64,000 bases of DNA from an uncultured virus (IMG/VR IMGVR_UViG_3300033994_001010) (IMGVR_UViG_3300033994_001010), one strand, 5' to 3'. Counted from the first letter of the stretch, positions 27,912 through 38,267 are shown. The notes: generated by a model not told the origin, from the letters alone. A program made the numbers and translations.

Positions 27912-28478
27912 ATGGCACAACGTGGTTTAGGAAAATACGGTAAAGATAGAATTAGAGAAGCGCTGAACGCTACCTCTAAGGATGTAACCCAAACACAAAG
28001 TAACCGTGAGGAAGCATTTGATCCGTGGGTTGCTGCGAGTCCTGGGTTTGATAATGCTGTTCCAGCAATGCTCGGGCAAAACACAAACGGCATGGACAGT
28101 ACAAGGTTGTCTCATGCTCAGTATTTCTTTGACCCAGAAACAATGTCTGGAAACTTTTATGTTAAGTTTCGCCGTAAGGGGAGTGAGTATGTGTACACGG
28201 GGGTGCCCGTATACGCTGCTCGGAGAATATATGATGCTTTATCAAAAGGAAAAACAATTCCATCGTTTGAGCAATACGGGTATTACCAACATCGTGGTGG
28301 CGAAGGTGAATACTTCTCTAGACAAGAAGGAACCCCTATGGGTAGGAAATTCATGAGTGGGTTAATCCAAAGTCAAGACAATGTTCAACGCAACCTTTTT
28401 GATGAGATGGGTGAAATTAACCCAGTTCAACGTGACATGTCGCAGAACCAACTTGGTTTGCAGTGGGGCCAAGAATAA
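27912..28478 (+). CDS. KTSC-domain protein
   Basis: STRL..AQY...YVKF...YVYTGVP......SKGK; TATAAT-6nt-ATG. Confidence 0.6.
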   Translation: MAQRGLGKYGKDRIREALNATSKDVTQTQSNREEAFDPWVAASPGFDNAVPAMLGQNTNGMDSTRLSHAQYFFDPETMSGNFYVKFRRKGSEYVYTGVPVYAARRIYDALSKGKTIPSFEQYGYYQHRGGEGEYFSRQEGTPMGRKFMSGLIQSQDNVQRNLFDEMGEINPVQRDMSQNQLGLQWGQE

Positions 28479-28494
28479 GACTAGTATTCTAAAA

Positions 28495-28764
28495 ATGAAT
28501 AAGGTAAAAGGAATTTTGTTCTTCTATTGGATCGCCCGTGATACAGGCACTCCTAACATTCCCCATATTGCAATGGGTACATGCCAAGAACTTGGTGGAT
28601 ATTGGCGCAAAGGTAAAGGTCCCCAACTCAGGGTTGGTAAATACTTGCTACAGTTTGGGTTCTGTAAACGCAATGAGATTAAGAATGAAAAAGAAGGACT
28701 ACTTTTTGCTCTAGGTGGTCGTGAAATGGACACAACAGTGGAGGAGATCAAAAAATGGCGTTAG
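28495..28764 (+). CDS. Hypothetical protein
   Basis: Start moved to 28495 to avoid overlap. Confidence 0.6.
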   Translation: MNKVKGILFFYWIARDTGTPNIPHIAMGTCQELGGYWRKGKGPQLRVGKYLLQFGFCKRNEIKNEKEGLLFALGGREMDTTVEEIKKWR

Positions 28765-28997
28765 GAATATTTAAGAAGGAAACAAAAAAGATAAACGAAT
28801 TACCACCTAGTAAGGCGCAAGAACGAGCATCTAAATTGGACAACAGTGGTTTATACGCAACTATGGATAACACCATTATGTATTTGGGGCAAGCATTTGA
28901 TGCTTGGAGATATAAATCCGCACCCGATAGTGAAGTCAAAGACTCCATAGAGACATTACAGATTCTTTGGGAAGAAATAGAAAAGAGAAAAAAGTGA
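28755..28997 (+). CDS. Hypothetical protein
   Basis: GAGGAG RBS. Confidence 0.7.
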   Translation: MALGIFKKETKKINELPPSKAQERASKLDNSGLYATMDNTIMYLGQAFDAWRYKSAPDSEVKDSIETLQILWEEIEKRKK

Positions 28998-29230
28998 GAT
29001 CACCAGAAGAACTTAGAATGGATAGCACTATCTGGCTAGCAAAGGAACTCGCAAATCGTATTCAGGCATTCCCCCACAATGGGCTACTGAAGCGGATTGA
29101 TTACCAGTTGGTAGCAGACACTGGTGACATGCTTGATTTTCTACGCCAAGTGGAGAAGTACGTGGATGAGGTAGAGGCAAATCGCCGTATGTTTGCACCT
29201 CATAATCCCGACCAACTATCGTTGTTCTAA
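28994..29230 (+). CDS. Hypothetical protein ending NPDQLSLF
   Basis: GTGA overlap; start uncertain. Confidence 0.6.
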   Translation: MRSPEELRMDSTIWLAKELANRIQAFPHNGLLKRIDYQLVADTGDMLDFLRQVEKYVDEVEANRRMFAPHNPDQLSLF

Positions 29231-29251
29231 ATTGGGGTAGCCTAGTAGGGT

Positions 29252-30817
29252 ATGTCAGACTCCCTATTGGATCAAGAACAAGAGTTATTACCTGAAGAAT
29301 TAGTCGAGGAACTTGACGAAACCTCGGCTGAATTTGTTGACCAATTAGTTACTAAACTTGTTTTATTCACAGAACAATTCTGTAATGTTGAGTTGTTTCC
29401 GTACCAAATTCCTATTGCGTACAGAATTATTGAATCTATTGTCTTGGGTGACGGTGAAGAACTAACCCTAATTGCAACACGTCAGTCTGGTAAATCAGAA
29501 GTACTGTCCAACGTGCTTGCTGCACAGATGGTTATCCTTCCAAAGTTGGCTAAGGTATACCCGACATGGTTGTCTAAGTTTGACAAGGGGTTTTGGGTTG
29601 GTGTATTTGCCCCAACCGAAGACCAGGCAGATACAGTATTTAGTCGTATTGTAAGCCGCCTTACTAGTGACCACGCTCTTGGGTTTTTGCTTGATCCAGA
29701 ATTAGACGACAAAGCACAATCCGGTGGTACTCGTGGCAAGGGAAAGATTATCACGATGAAGCGGTCTGGGTCTATTTGTCGTATGCAAACTTGTAACCCA
29801 AAAGCAAAGATTGAATCAAAGACTTATCATTTTGTACTTATTGACGAGGCTCAAGAAGCAGATGAGTTTATGATCACCAAGTCAATTAAGCCAATGTTGG
29901 CGTTTAACAACGGAAGCATCATGCTTACTGGAACGGCTTCTCGTACTAAATCGTACTTTTATAAAGCGATTCAATACAACAAACGCCGTGCTACACAAGC
30001 AAGGAAAGCAATTCGTGAGGCTCATTTTGAGTACGACTGGAGGGTTGCATCTAAATACAACCCTAACTACGGGAAGTTTATTTCTAAAGAAAAACTACGT
30101 ATCGGTGAAGACTCTGATGAATTTCAAATGTCCTATTGCAATAGGTGGATGCTTGAAAAGGGTATGTTCGTTACAGAAGAACGAATGGAACGATTGTATG
30201 ACCCGTCAATGCCAATGGTCAAGCAGTGGTGGAGAACACCTGTTGTGGTCGGTATTGACGTTGCCCGTTCAAATGACTCTACGGTAGTAACTGTCTGCTG
30301 GGTGGATTGGGATCATCCAGATCCTTTTGGTTTCTATGAACACCGTATTTTGAATTGGTTGGAAATCAACAACGAAGAATGGGAGTCACAGTACTTCCAG
30401 ATTATTGACTTCTTGAGAAACTATGATGTTTTAAGAATTGGTGTTGACGCACAAGGTGTTGGCGGCGCTGTAGCGGAACGCCTTAAAATCTTGTTACCAG
30501 ACATTGAAGTTTTACCAATTGGGTCTGATTCAAAAGCACAAAATGAACGCTGGGTTCACTTAACTGAACTAATTCAACGTGAGCAATTAGTGATCCCAGG
30601 TCACTCCAAAGCCCGCCGTACCCGTTCATGGAAGCGCTTTAATCAACAAATGAATGATCTTGAGAAGGTTTACCGTGGTCCTTATCTGTTGGCTGAAGCA
30701 CCTGATGAAAAAGGAGCATTTGACGACTACCCCGACTCTTTAGCAATTGCTTGTTATTTGACGGTACAAGATGTAATGCCCACCATCCAAGTTGGAGAAA
30801 ACCCATTTTTCAATTGA
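29252..30817 (+). CDS. terL: Terminase large subunit
   Basis: Walker A ATRQSGKS, Walker B VLIDEAQ, nuclease VGIDVAR...DDYPDS. Confidence 0.93.
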   Translation: MSDSLLDQEQELLPEELVEELDETSAEFVDQLVTKLVLFTEQFCNVELFPYQIPIAYRIIESIVLGDGEELTLIATRQSGKSEVLSNVLAAQMVILPKLAKVYPTWLSKFDKGFWVGVFAPTEDQADTVFSRIVSRLTSDHALGFLLDPELDDKAQSGGTRGKGKIITMKRSGSICRMQTCNPKAKIESKTYHFVLIDEAQEADEFMITKSIKPMLAFNNGSIMLTGTASRTKSYFYKAIQYNKRRATQARKAIREAHFEYDWRVASKYNPNYGKFISKEKLRIGEDSDEFQMSYCNRWMLEKGMFVTEERMERLYDPSMPMVKQWWRTPVVVGIDVARSNDSTVVTVCWVDWDHPDPFGFYEHRILNWLEINNEEWESQYFQIIDFLRNYDVLRIGVDAQGVGGAVAERLKILLPDIEVLPIGSDSKAQNERWVHLTELIQREQLVIPGHSKARRTRSWKRFNQQMNDLEKVYRGPYLLAEAPDEKGAFDDYPDSLAIACYLTVQDVMPTIQVGENPFFN

Positions 30818-30857
30818 TGGTATTCTATGAACACCCCTATTTATTGAGGAGTCACAC

Positions 30858-31259
30858 ATGACAGTAGCACCATCGCCTATGTTCCCTGAGAAACATTCTC
30901 CTGTATTTGAACGAACACTGGCACCAAGCATCCCAGGAAACAAAGGACCTCTTCGCTTTGAAGAAGGTGTCGCAACCGACACTGACGTTCCAAACGACTT
31001 TGGTCGTGGAGCCTATGAGGACACTGCACCATCGCCAATGCGTCAGAACCAGAACAATCCTGAAATGTTCTACAAGCATGCAGCAGACACCATGCGTGAA
31101 CGTGCTCACGTAGGTTCAGCATCGTGGATTGAAGCCCCATCGGTACTTTCAGAGTTCGTTGAAGGCGCAATGGCTGGCGATGACATGCCTAAGTTTGAGT
31201 ACTCGTACAACACTGGTGCTCACATGAACCGACCAAACCCAACGGTTGTTTACGACTGA
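30858..31259 (+). CDS. Hypothetical, probably virion-associated protein
   Basis: GAGGAG RBS; located in the head module. Confidence 0.65.
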   Translation: MTVAPSPMFPEKHSPVFERTLAPSIPGNKGPLRFEEGVATDTDVPNDFGRGAYEDTAPSPMRQNQNNPEMFYKHAADTMRERAHVGSASWIEAPSVLSEFVEGAMAGDDMPKFEYSYNTGAHMNRPNPTVVYD

Positions 31260-31261
31260 TT

Positions 31262-31801
31262 ATGTCGGATGTCGGCGGCGACTCAGGTGTTGACGCTGGT
31301 AGTCAAACTGATGGTGGGGAAAGCCCACCTTCAGATGCTCTAACTTCAACTGATGATCTTCGGGCTGGGATAGCCCAGACATACGGACTTGGCCCTATGG
31401 GGCAATATAGCCCTAGTTTATCTATGGGTCGGTTTGGTAATTTTTACAGTTCTTTTCAGGCTGCACCACCACCAAAAGTTCGTGAACGGCGTAATCCTTT
31501 TGTTTTGGAAACATTCTTAAAACAAAACATGGGAGTAAATGTTTATCAACCTACTGGTTATTCAGTTCAACGTGACCTACAGGCAGCAGACAATCTTCAA
31601 CAAGATCAGTTTTTTGTAACTAATACTGCACAAGATCCTGTTGATGCTGCGTTCTCTACGGGTAAACCAATGCTTGATAAAAAAATTAAAGATTCAGCAC
31701 GACCTGAAGAAGAAGGTCGTTTGATTAAAGAAACAGATCTTCGCCGCAGAGCAATACACGTTAGCAAAGGTCGTAAAGACGAAAACGACTTTGGTCAATA
31801 A
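31262..31801 (+). CDS. Hypothetical protein
   Basis: ORF packing. Confidence 0.65.
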   Translation: MSDVGGDSGVDAGSQTDGGESPPSDALTSTDDLRAGIAQTYGLGPMGQYSPSLSMGRFGNFYSSFQAAPPPKVRERRNPFVLETFLKQNMGVNVYQPTGYSVQRDLQAADNLQQDQFFVTNTAQDPVDAAFSTGKPMLDKKIKDSARPEEEGRLIKETDLRRRAIHVSKGRKDENDFGQ

Positions 31802-31816
31802 AGGATAAAATAGGTA

Positions 31817-32932
31817 ATGGCTGAATCACCACTTTTTCGTGATCTTGAACAAGTTTCAGAACAAGATTTAGGTAACATTCCACCATATCGTGCTGGGGGA
31901 CATTGGGCTAAGTTTGCTAAAAGTCGTGGGGCTGCTCCAAGTCTAACTTTATTAACATCCCCGTTTAGTAACGCAAAGATTAAAAAGAATCAAACTTCAC
32001 CAAACCCACTAGCAAGGTTGTCTGCTCAGTTCTCTCTAAACCTGTCACCAGCAGGTACCTCTGGTGTTACTGATGTTTGTGGTTCATGCTCAACACCAGG
32101 TTGCCGTGCTAACTGTCTTAGCGACTCTGGGCATATGTCTGGGGAAGCGCCTCAAAGAGCACAAAAAATTAGAACAGAATATGCCACAGAACATCCAGAC
32201 ATGTTCCTAGCGCAGTTACGAGATGAAACACGTCAAGGTGCAGAAGAAGCATGGGCAAATGAGTTGCATCCAGTATTTCGTTACAACACATTGTCAGACA
32301 CTGCATTCAAAAGGCTTCCAACCGCACCAACACTTATTGGTGATTATGTACAAAAACCATCTGGTATTCATATTCCTAAATATTTTGGTGGTATGCCTGG
32401 TGCAACCTTTAATGACTACTCAAAAGAAGACATGCGTGGGCCTTTAGGAAAACCATCCCCTAAAGAACCGTATCCAAACGTATACACCGCACATAGCGCT
32501 AGTGAACTAACTTCGGCAGCACGAGTACGGGAAGTGCTTAGTGAAGGTAAGAACGTAATATTTCCAGTGGATAAAAGCAAAAAAGAAGCACCACACCCAT
32601 ACACAACCTTTACAGATAAATCTGGGGATTCTGTAACAGCAAAATCATTTGACTCTGACCGGGATGACGCTCGTTGGGCAGACCCTGAAGAAGGGCAATT
32701 TGGAATCTTGTCAGAAAAAAAACAAGGATCATTTGCTGGTAAAGATCAAATGGGTAACCCTATTGTCATCAACCCACACACTAATGATGCTGGATTTATT
32801 CGCCCAAATACTGAGGGAACAAAGATACGAGCAATCATAAGTAAAACACCCCAGGGAGAATCAATGCCTATTAACCGTCAAGTACATGTGCGCCGTAAAG
32901 TTAACGGTCAACAATTTGGTGAGATTGAGTGA
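31817..32932 (+). CDS. Gp88-like protein (Cys-cluster) with C-terminal VNGQQF tag
   Basis: LNLSPA..SG..VC..CSTPGCRANCL..SG; FRYNTLSD; D.DD.R..D. Confidence 0.6.
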   Translation: MAESPLFRDLEQVSEQDLGNIPPYRAGGHWAKFAKSRGAAPSLTLLTSPFSNAKIKKNQTSPNPLARLSAQFSLNLSPAGTSGVTDVCGSCSTPGCRANCLSDSGHMSGEAPQRAQKIRTEYATEHPDMFLAQLRDETRQGAEEAWANELHPVFRYNTLSDTAFKRLPTAPTLIGDYVQKPSGIHIPKYFGGMPGATFNDYSKEDMRGPLGKPSPKEPYPNVYTAHSASELTSAARVREVLSEGKNVIFPVDKSKKEAPHPYTTFTDKSGDSVTAKSFDSDRDDARWADPEEGQFGILSEKKQGSFAGKDQMGNPIVINPHTNDAGFIRPNTEGTKIRAIISKTPQGESMPINRQVHVRRKVNGQQFGEIE

Positions 32933-32935
32933 TTT

Positions 32936-33154
32936 ATGAACGATGCTTGGGCGATCATCATTGCGGCTGCTATACCCGTAGTCGGAACTGGAGTCGGTTT
33001 TCTTATCAGGGAATTCAAAAACTTCAGAATAGAAAATCGCCAAGATCACGCAAACGTAATGGTTGAACTTCGTAAGGTTCGTAATGGTATTGACGCAGTG
33101 GCTGGTCGTTTAAACACCCACATTGACTGGCATATGGATAAGGAAAAGAAATGA
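32936..33154 (+). CDS. Small membrane protein (lysis-associated)
   Basis: N-terminal TM helix, coiled-coil, HIDWH end. Confidence 0.65.
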   Translation: MNDAWAIIIAAAIPVVGTGVGFLIREFKNFRIENRQDHANVMVELRKVRNGIDAVAGRLNTHIDWHMDKEKK

Positions 33155-33399
33155 AACAGTTTCAAAACATCATGCTTCGGATTATGGCAACATTTGCCGC
33201 ATCAGGATTAGGCGTTATTGGCGCAGGAGCAATCGCTGGAGTGCCTTTGTGGAAAGCCTGCTTCATGGCGGGAATTGCTGGAGTTGCATTTGTAGTAGAA
33301 GGTTTGTCAAGGGCATTTCTTGACGATGGTAAACTTAGTCTTGAAGAAATCAACGCCGTGTTCAACAAAGTTGACGGTAAGGATGGAGATAAAAAATGA
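33151..33399 (+). CDS. Putative holin
   Basis: Two TM helices, charged C-terminus, directly upstream of the endolysin. Confidence 0.6.
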   Translation: MKQFQNIMLRIMATFAASGLGVIGAGAIAGVPLWKACFMAGIAGVAFVVEGLSRAFLDDGKLSLEEINAVFNKVDGKDGDKK

Positions 33400-33935
33400 G
33401 TAAGAAAGTTGCTTGGGACTACATTGTTCCCGTAGTATTGCCAAAAGACCTTAAGGGAGTAACTCCTGGAAAGTTACCAGCAAACCTCCTTGTCCCTGCC
33501 GTAGGTGGCGGTAAATTGCACCACATTGCAGCAAAAGCATGGGCTGCAATGGTCGCTGCTGCAAAGGCTGAAGGGATTGAACTCAAGCCGACTTCCGCAG
33601 GTGACACATATCGTGACTACGAAACCCAGAAAAAAGGCTTCCTTACTCGCTACCAACTTGAACCAATTCCAGGTCAAAGCACCAAAACATTTGAAGGCAA
33701 GACTTGGTATCTAAAAAAGGGTATGGCGATGTTGGCTACACCGGGTAAGAGCCAGCATAACCTCGGCATCGCCGTTGACGTTCATTCAGCATCAGAACCA
33801 AAACGCCTTAATTGGTTGATTGCCAATGTGAAGAAATTTGGTTTCTCATGGGAAGTCGTTCCCTCTGAGCCTTGGCACTTGCGCTACGTATGTGGTGACA
33901 ATATGCCAGAGGCTGTCGCTTCCTTTCAGGGGTAG
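33396..33935 (+). CDS. Endolysin, peptidase M15B/VanY (D-Ala-D-Ala carboxypeptidase-like)
   Basis: YR...Q, PGKSQHNLGIAVD, EPWH. Confidence 0.85.
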   Translation: MSKKVAWDYIVPVVLPKDLKGVTPGKLPANLLVPAVGGGKLHHIAAKAWAAMVAAAKAEGIELKPTSAGDTYRDYETQKKGFLTRYQLEPIPGQSTKTFEGKTWYLKKGMAMLATPGKSQHNLGIAVDVHSASEPKRLNWLIANVKKFGFSWEVVPSEPWHLRYVCGDNMPEAVASFQG

Positions 33936-33964
33936 TTGACACACCTACTTAGGTAGGATACGCT
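33936..33964 (+). promoter_or_regulatory. SigA/sigma70-type promoter TTGACA-17-TACGCT with an inverted repeat in the spacer
   Basis: ttgaca cacctacttaggtagga tacgct. Confidence 0.6.
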
Positions 33965-33992
33965 ACACAACCTAAACCAAAAGGGTGGTAGC

Positions 33993-34136
33993 ATGAAAGT
34001 ACATGACATTGATCGTATTATCTATTACCTCGGAAAGGTCTTTGTTGGGCCTACCGATGCCGAAGAGTTGTTTAGGGTAATAGACGTGCTTCAAAAAGAA
34101 CGGCAAAAGTTGGAGAAGAAGCATGTCAAAAAATAG
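33993..34136 (+). CDS. 47-aa hypothetical protein (not in ORF track)
   Basis: MKVHDIDRIIYYLGKV...; follows the promoter. Confidence 0.55.
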   Translation: MKVHDIDRIIYYLGKVFVGPTDAEELFRVIDVLQKERQKLEKKHVKK

Positions 34137-34404
34137 TCTTTTAAATGAACTTAAAGCAGGTTCTCCCCCATTAAAACAATGTGGGGTTGAGAAGATTCGT
34201 AGCGGTATGACCGAAGAAGAACGAGCAGCACTTGATGACGCATTTGAAAAAATACGTGTTAAGAATGCATCACCACGTTCAATTCAAACTAGTGGTTATA
34301 CATATAAATGGTTAACTGACTTGCTTAAAAAACATGGGCATGACATAACATTCCGAATGGTCGAAAAACATAGTAGAAAGATGTGTGGTTGCGATGTCCA
34401 TTAA
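34123..34404 (+). CDS. Hypothetical protein (possible Zn/HTH)
   Basis: C...H...CGC; GGAG RBS. Confidence 0.65.
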   Translation: MSKNSLLNELKAGSPPLKQCGVEKIRSGMTEEERAALDDAFEKIRVKNASPRSIQTSGYTYKWLTDLLKKHGHDITFRMVEKHSRKMCGCDVH

Positions 34405-35551
34405 AGAAGAACTAGTTGCAGGACCTCAGAGTCCTAAAGAAGTACTCGGTAAATTAGCAGATTTATTTGCTCGTCAAGGAATTGATGTAGACGAAATTGG
34501 TCAAATTCAACGAGTATCTTTGTATCAATCGCTTACCAAAAACGAAGATGGTGAAGCGGAAATCCACGATCTTGCTGGTGTGCAGTTTAAGTTCTCACCT
34601 AAATGGGAATCGGGTCCTGAATGGCCTGTTGTACAACAAGGGCCTGCTATTAAGTTACCAACACCAAAGGTAACTAAGAAGAAATCAACAGGCTTTAAAA
34701 CTTGTGTAGTTCCACCAGACATTCAGATTGGGTATTACCGTAATCGTGAGGGTTTGCTAGAAGCAACGCATGATGAAAAGGCTCTTGATATCTGCATCAA
34801 ACTTGTAGAAGATTTACAGCCTGAAGTTGTTGCACTTGTCGGTGACAACCTTGACCTACCTGAGATGGGCAAGTACGTGACATACCCTGCGTATGCACAA
34901 ACAACACAAGCGTCAATTGATCGTGCAACTTTGTTCTGCGCTCAACTTCGTGCTGCTGCTCCAAACGCAAAGATTATTTGGCTTGCAGGAAACCACGAAG
35001 AACGTATGCCTAAATACCTTGTACAAAATGCAGGTGCTGCTTATGGTCTTCGTAAGGGGAATACCCCAGACTCATGGCCTGTTCTTTCAGTTCCGTACCT
35101 TTGTCGCATGGATGAATTTGGTATTGAGTACCGACCTGGTTATCCAGCATCGGATTATTGGGTCAATGAAAAACTTCGAATCATCCACGGTGATCGTGTT
35201 AAGTCATCAGGATCAACAGCACACGTATATCTCAACCAAGAAAAGACGAGCGTTATCTATGGGCATATTCATCGCATTGAAACGGCTTTTAAAACACGTG
35301 AAGATTTCGATGGTCCACGCACTATTATGGCTGCTTCTCCTGGTTGCCTTGCTCGTATTGACGGAGCCATTCCTTCAACTCGTGGTGGTGTGGATCTTGA
35401 TGGTCGCCCATTAACTCGTTACGAAAATTGGCAACAAGGGATCGGGGTTGTTACTTACGAAGATGACGGAAATCACAGGTTTACATATGACGTTATTCCC
35501 ATTTACAACGGTTGGGCGTTGTATCATGGGAAGGAATTCATCGCTGAGTAA
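34394..35551 (+). CDS. Calcineurin-like metallophosphoesterase
   Basis: PDIQ, GDNLD, GNHE, HGD, GHIH motifs. Confidence 0.85.
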   Translation: MSIKEELVAGPQSPKEVLGKLADLFARQGIDVDEIGQIQRVSLYQSLTKNEDGEAEIHDLAGVQFKFSPKWESGPEWPVVQQGPAIKLPTPKVTKKKSTGFKTCVVPPDIQIGYYRNREGLLEATHDEKALDICIKLVEDLQPEVVALVGDNLDLPEMGKYVTYPAYAQTTQASIDRATLFCAQLRAAAPNAKIIWLAGNHEERMPKYLVQNAGAAYGLRKGNTPDSWPVLSVPYLCRMDEFGIEYRPGYPASDYWVNEKLRIIHGDRVKSSGSTAHVYLNQEKTSVIYGHIHRIETAFKTREDFDGPRTIMAASPGCLARIDGAIPSTRGGVDLDGRPLTRYENWQQGIGVVTYEDDGNHRFTYDVIPIYNGWALYHGKEFIAE

Positions 35552-35553
35552 CC

Positions 35554-36186
35554 ATGACTACTATTGTCGCTGTCCAAGGTGATGGGTTCGCAGTCGTATG
35601 CGTAGACTCTCGCATCTCATCTATTGATGGGGGCATTGCCACGCAAATAGGAACTCTTCGTGAAGGATCAAGCAAGGTATCAACTAATGGAAAATATTTA
35701 CTCGGTGCTGCTGGAGATGTACGGGCCATCAACATTCTCCATCATGTGTTCCAACCGCCAACACCACCGCCAAACCTTAAAGGGAAGAAACTTGACCAGT
35801 TCTTTACGGCGAAGTTTATACCAGCACTCCGTGAATGCTTTGACGCACAAGGGTACTCAATCCCCGACCTCAACGAAAACAAACAACACATCGCAGAGCA
35901 AGGATCTCTAATCCTTGTAGCCGTTAACGGCACAATCTACATTGTTGACGGTGATTACGCTTGGGCTTCTGAAGCCAGTGGGCTGTATGTAATTGGTTCT
36001 GGTGGAGAGTACGCATTAGGGGCTATGCATATACTTACCCACAATAAAAAACAAACTGTGCAACAGGCTAAAAACCATGCGCTGAAGGCTCTTGCCGTTA
36101 GTGCTAAGTTTGACCCCCATACGGGTCCTCCGTATCACACGTACATTCAGGAGTACGAACAAAGCAAAACCCGTAAGCCTGTATAA
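35554..36186 (+). CDS. Ntn-hydrolase, HslV/proteasome beta-subunit-like protease
   Basis: MTTIVA N-terminus, DSR, K, GAAGD, IGSGG.YALGA, D..TG. Confidence 0.85.
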   Translation: MTTIVAVQGDGFAVVCVDSRISSIDGGIATQIGTLREGSSKVSTNGKYLLGAAGDVRAINILHHVFQPPTPPPNLKGKKLDQFFTAKFIPALRECFDAQGYSIPDLNENKQHIAEQGSLILVAVNGTIYIVDGDYAWASEASGLYVIGSGGEYALGAMHILTHNKKQTVQQAKNHALKALAVSAKFDPHTGPPYHTYIQEYEQSKTRKPV

Positions 36187-36213
36187 TCGGGTATCCCCTA
36201 TTAAGGAGTTAAC

Positions 36214-36483
36214 ATGAATCAAGCAAAAGTAGAAACAGCAGATGCAGCAATTAAGGGCGTTATTTTGGGCGCACTTACTTACGCAGGAGCAAAGTTGGAC
36301 TTGACCCCAGAAATGATTGCGGTAGCACTGCCTGTGGCAGCAGCAATTGTCTCGGTTATTGCAACCAAAATTGGCCCTAAGAACACTGCACTTCTTCTAA
36401 GTGTGGCAACTAAGGCACTTGAAGCAGCACCTGTTGCTAAGAAGGCCCCAGCCAAAAAAGCCGCATCAGCAAAAAAGAAGTAA
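36214..36483 (+). CDS. Small membrane protein with AKKAPAKKA tail
   Basis: Hydrophobic helices plus Lys/Ala-rich tail; AAGGAG RBS. Confidence 0.65.
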   Translation: MNQAKVETADAAIKGVILGALTYAGAKLDLTPEMIAVALPVAAAIVSVIATKIGPKNTALLLSVATKALEAAPVAKKAPAKKAASAKKK

Positions 36484-36520
36484 TATCTTATTATTCTTCT
36501 TTTCAGAAAAGGTGTAACAA

Positions 36521-38209
36521 ATGCCTGTTGATTTTTGGTCCCCGTCTTATAGGGCGGCATCTAGTGACTTAACCGTAGCGATTAGTCCACTTGGATTGGT
36601 TGAACTTGCAGACGAAGAGTTTGAAGTTCATGGACCAAGACTCAACAGGTATTCTGCTGCCTGGGCTTGGTATCTAGGACACCATTGGTCACACCGCCGT
36701 GAAGTGGGTGACAACAACATTACGTTGAATTACGTAAAAACCATGTCGGACTTTATTACCAACTTTTGTTTTGGTAAAGGAATTCAGTTCAAAGTACCTG
36801 AGCAAAACGAAGCCATCATTCCACGTTTGCTTCATGAAGTTTGGGATAACCATAACAACAAGCATTATTTGCTTTGGGAAATGGGGCAACTTGCCTCAGT
36901 AACTGGTGACGTGTTTGTAAAAGTTGCTTATGACGAACCGTACCAAGATGCTATTGGAATGATGCATGAAGGCCGTGTTCGCATCCTTCCTTTAAACCCA
37001 GCGCATTGTTTCCCCGAATACCACCCTCACGACCGTGAGAGGTTGTTGCGTTTTAAACTTAAGTATCGCTTCTGGGGAACATCGCCAGAAGGTACTCGTC
37101 AGGTGTACACCTTTACTGAGATCCTTACCGATAGCACAGTACAACAATTTATTAATGATGAACTAATTGATGAATATGCAAACCCATTGGGACAAGTTCC
37201 TGTTGTCCATATTCCGAACATTACAATAACTTCATCACCGTGGGGTCAGTCAGACATCTGGGACATTATCCAGTTGAACCGTGAACTTAATGAGAAGATG
37301 ACTGAAATTTCAGACATCATTAACTACCACGCTGCCCCAGTAACAATCATCACTGGTGCTAAGGCTTCACAACTAGAACGTGGACCTAAGAAGGTGTGGG
37401 CTGGTCTTCCTAAAGAAGCACAAGTATTTAACCTTGAATCACGTGGTGAAATGTCTGGTGCTTTGGAATACGTGCAAATGATTAAACGTGCCATGCATGA
37501 AATCACAGGTGTTCCCGAAACTGCCCTTGGACAATTCCAACCAGTGTCTAATACTTCTGGTGTTGCTTTGGCTATTCAATACCAGCCTTTGATGAACCGC
37601 TACCAAATGAAGCGTATTCACTTTACTAAGGGTCTTGAAAAACTTAACGAGATCATTATTAAAACTGTTGCTATTTTTATCCCTGAACTCTTGACGTATG
37701 ACCCTTCACAATCGGCGCAACCAGAGCCAGAGATGCTCACGCAGTTGGACCCAAATGATCCAAACACGTATAAGACAACGATCCACTGGCCTGAACCATT
37801 GCCTGTAGATGCTCTAATCAAACTCAATGAAGTTCAATCCAAAATGGCTCTTGGCATTGAGTCCAAGCGTGGTGCGTTGAAACTATTGGGTGAAGAATTC
37901 CCGAACGAAAAGATGATTGAAATCTTTGAAGAACTCAGAGATGACGCTATTGACCAAGGAGCGCTCGACATGCTTCGTGCTCAGATTGGTCAGGCGGTAA
38001 TGATGGCTACAGGATTACTACCAACTGGAGGCGGCTTAGAGCAGACTTCTGCTGGTGGTGATAATGTAACTAGTGCAGGAAACCCTCAAGGGGGTGGAGT
38101 GCTTCCAGGAACTGCTGTACCACCAGTAGAAATGGAATTGATGAACCAAATGACTAGCAGGGCATATGGTGCGAGGTTCGCCCAACGCCGTATCCCTGAT
38201 GAAGACTAA
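36521..38209 (+). CDS. Portal protein (SPP1 gp6-like)
   Basis: 562 aa; NPLGQVPVVHIPN...GQSDI, SGVALAIQYQPL; upstream of scaffold and MCP. Confidence 0.88.
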   Translation: MPVDFWSPSYRAASSDLTVAISPLGLVELADEEFEVHGPRLNRYSAAWAWYLGHHWSHRREVGDNNITLNYVKTMSDFITNFCFGKGIQFKVPEQNEAIIPRLLHEVWDNHNNKHYLLWEMGQLASVTGDVFVKVAYDEPYQDAIGMMHEGRVRILPLNPAHCFPEYHPHDRERLLRFKLKYRFWGTSPEGTRQVYTFTEILTDSTVQQFINDELIDEYANPLGQVPVVHIPNITITSSPWGQSDIWDIIQLNRELNEKMTEISDIINYHAAPVTIITGAKASQLERGPKKVWAGLPKEAQVFNLESRGEMSGALEYVQMIKRAMHEITGVPETALGQFQPVSNTSGVALAIQYQPLMNRYQMKRIHFTKGLEKLNEIIIKTVAIFIPELLTYDPSQSAQPEPEMLTQLDPNDPNTYKTTIHWPEPLPVDALIKLNEVQSKMALGIESKRGALKLLGEEFPNEKMIEIFEELRDDAIDQGALDMLRAQIGQAVMMATGLLPTGGGLEQTSAGGDNVTSAGNPQGGGVLPGTAVPPVEMELMNQMTSRAYGARFAQRRIPDED

Positions 38210-38267
38210 TAACACGTATAAATAATTCAAGTCAATATTTGCTAAACAACACTTATAGGAGAAAATC

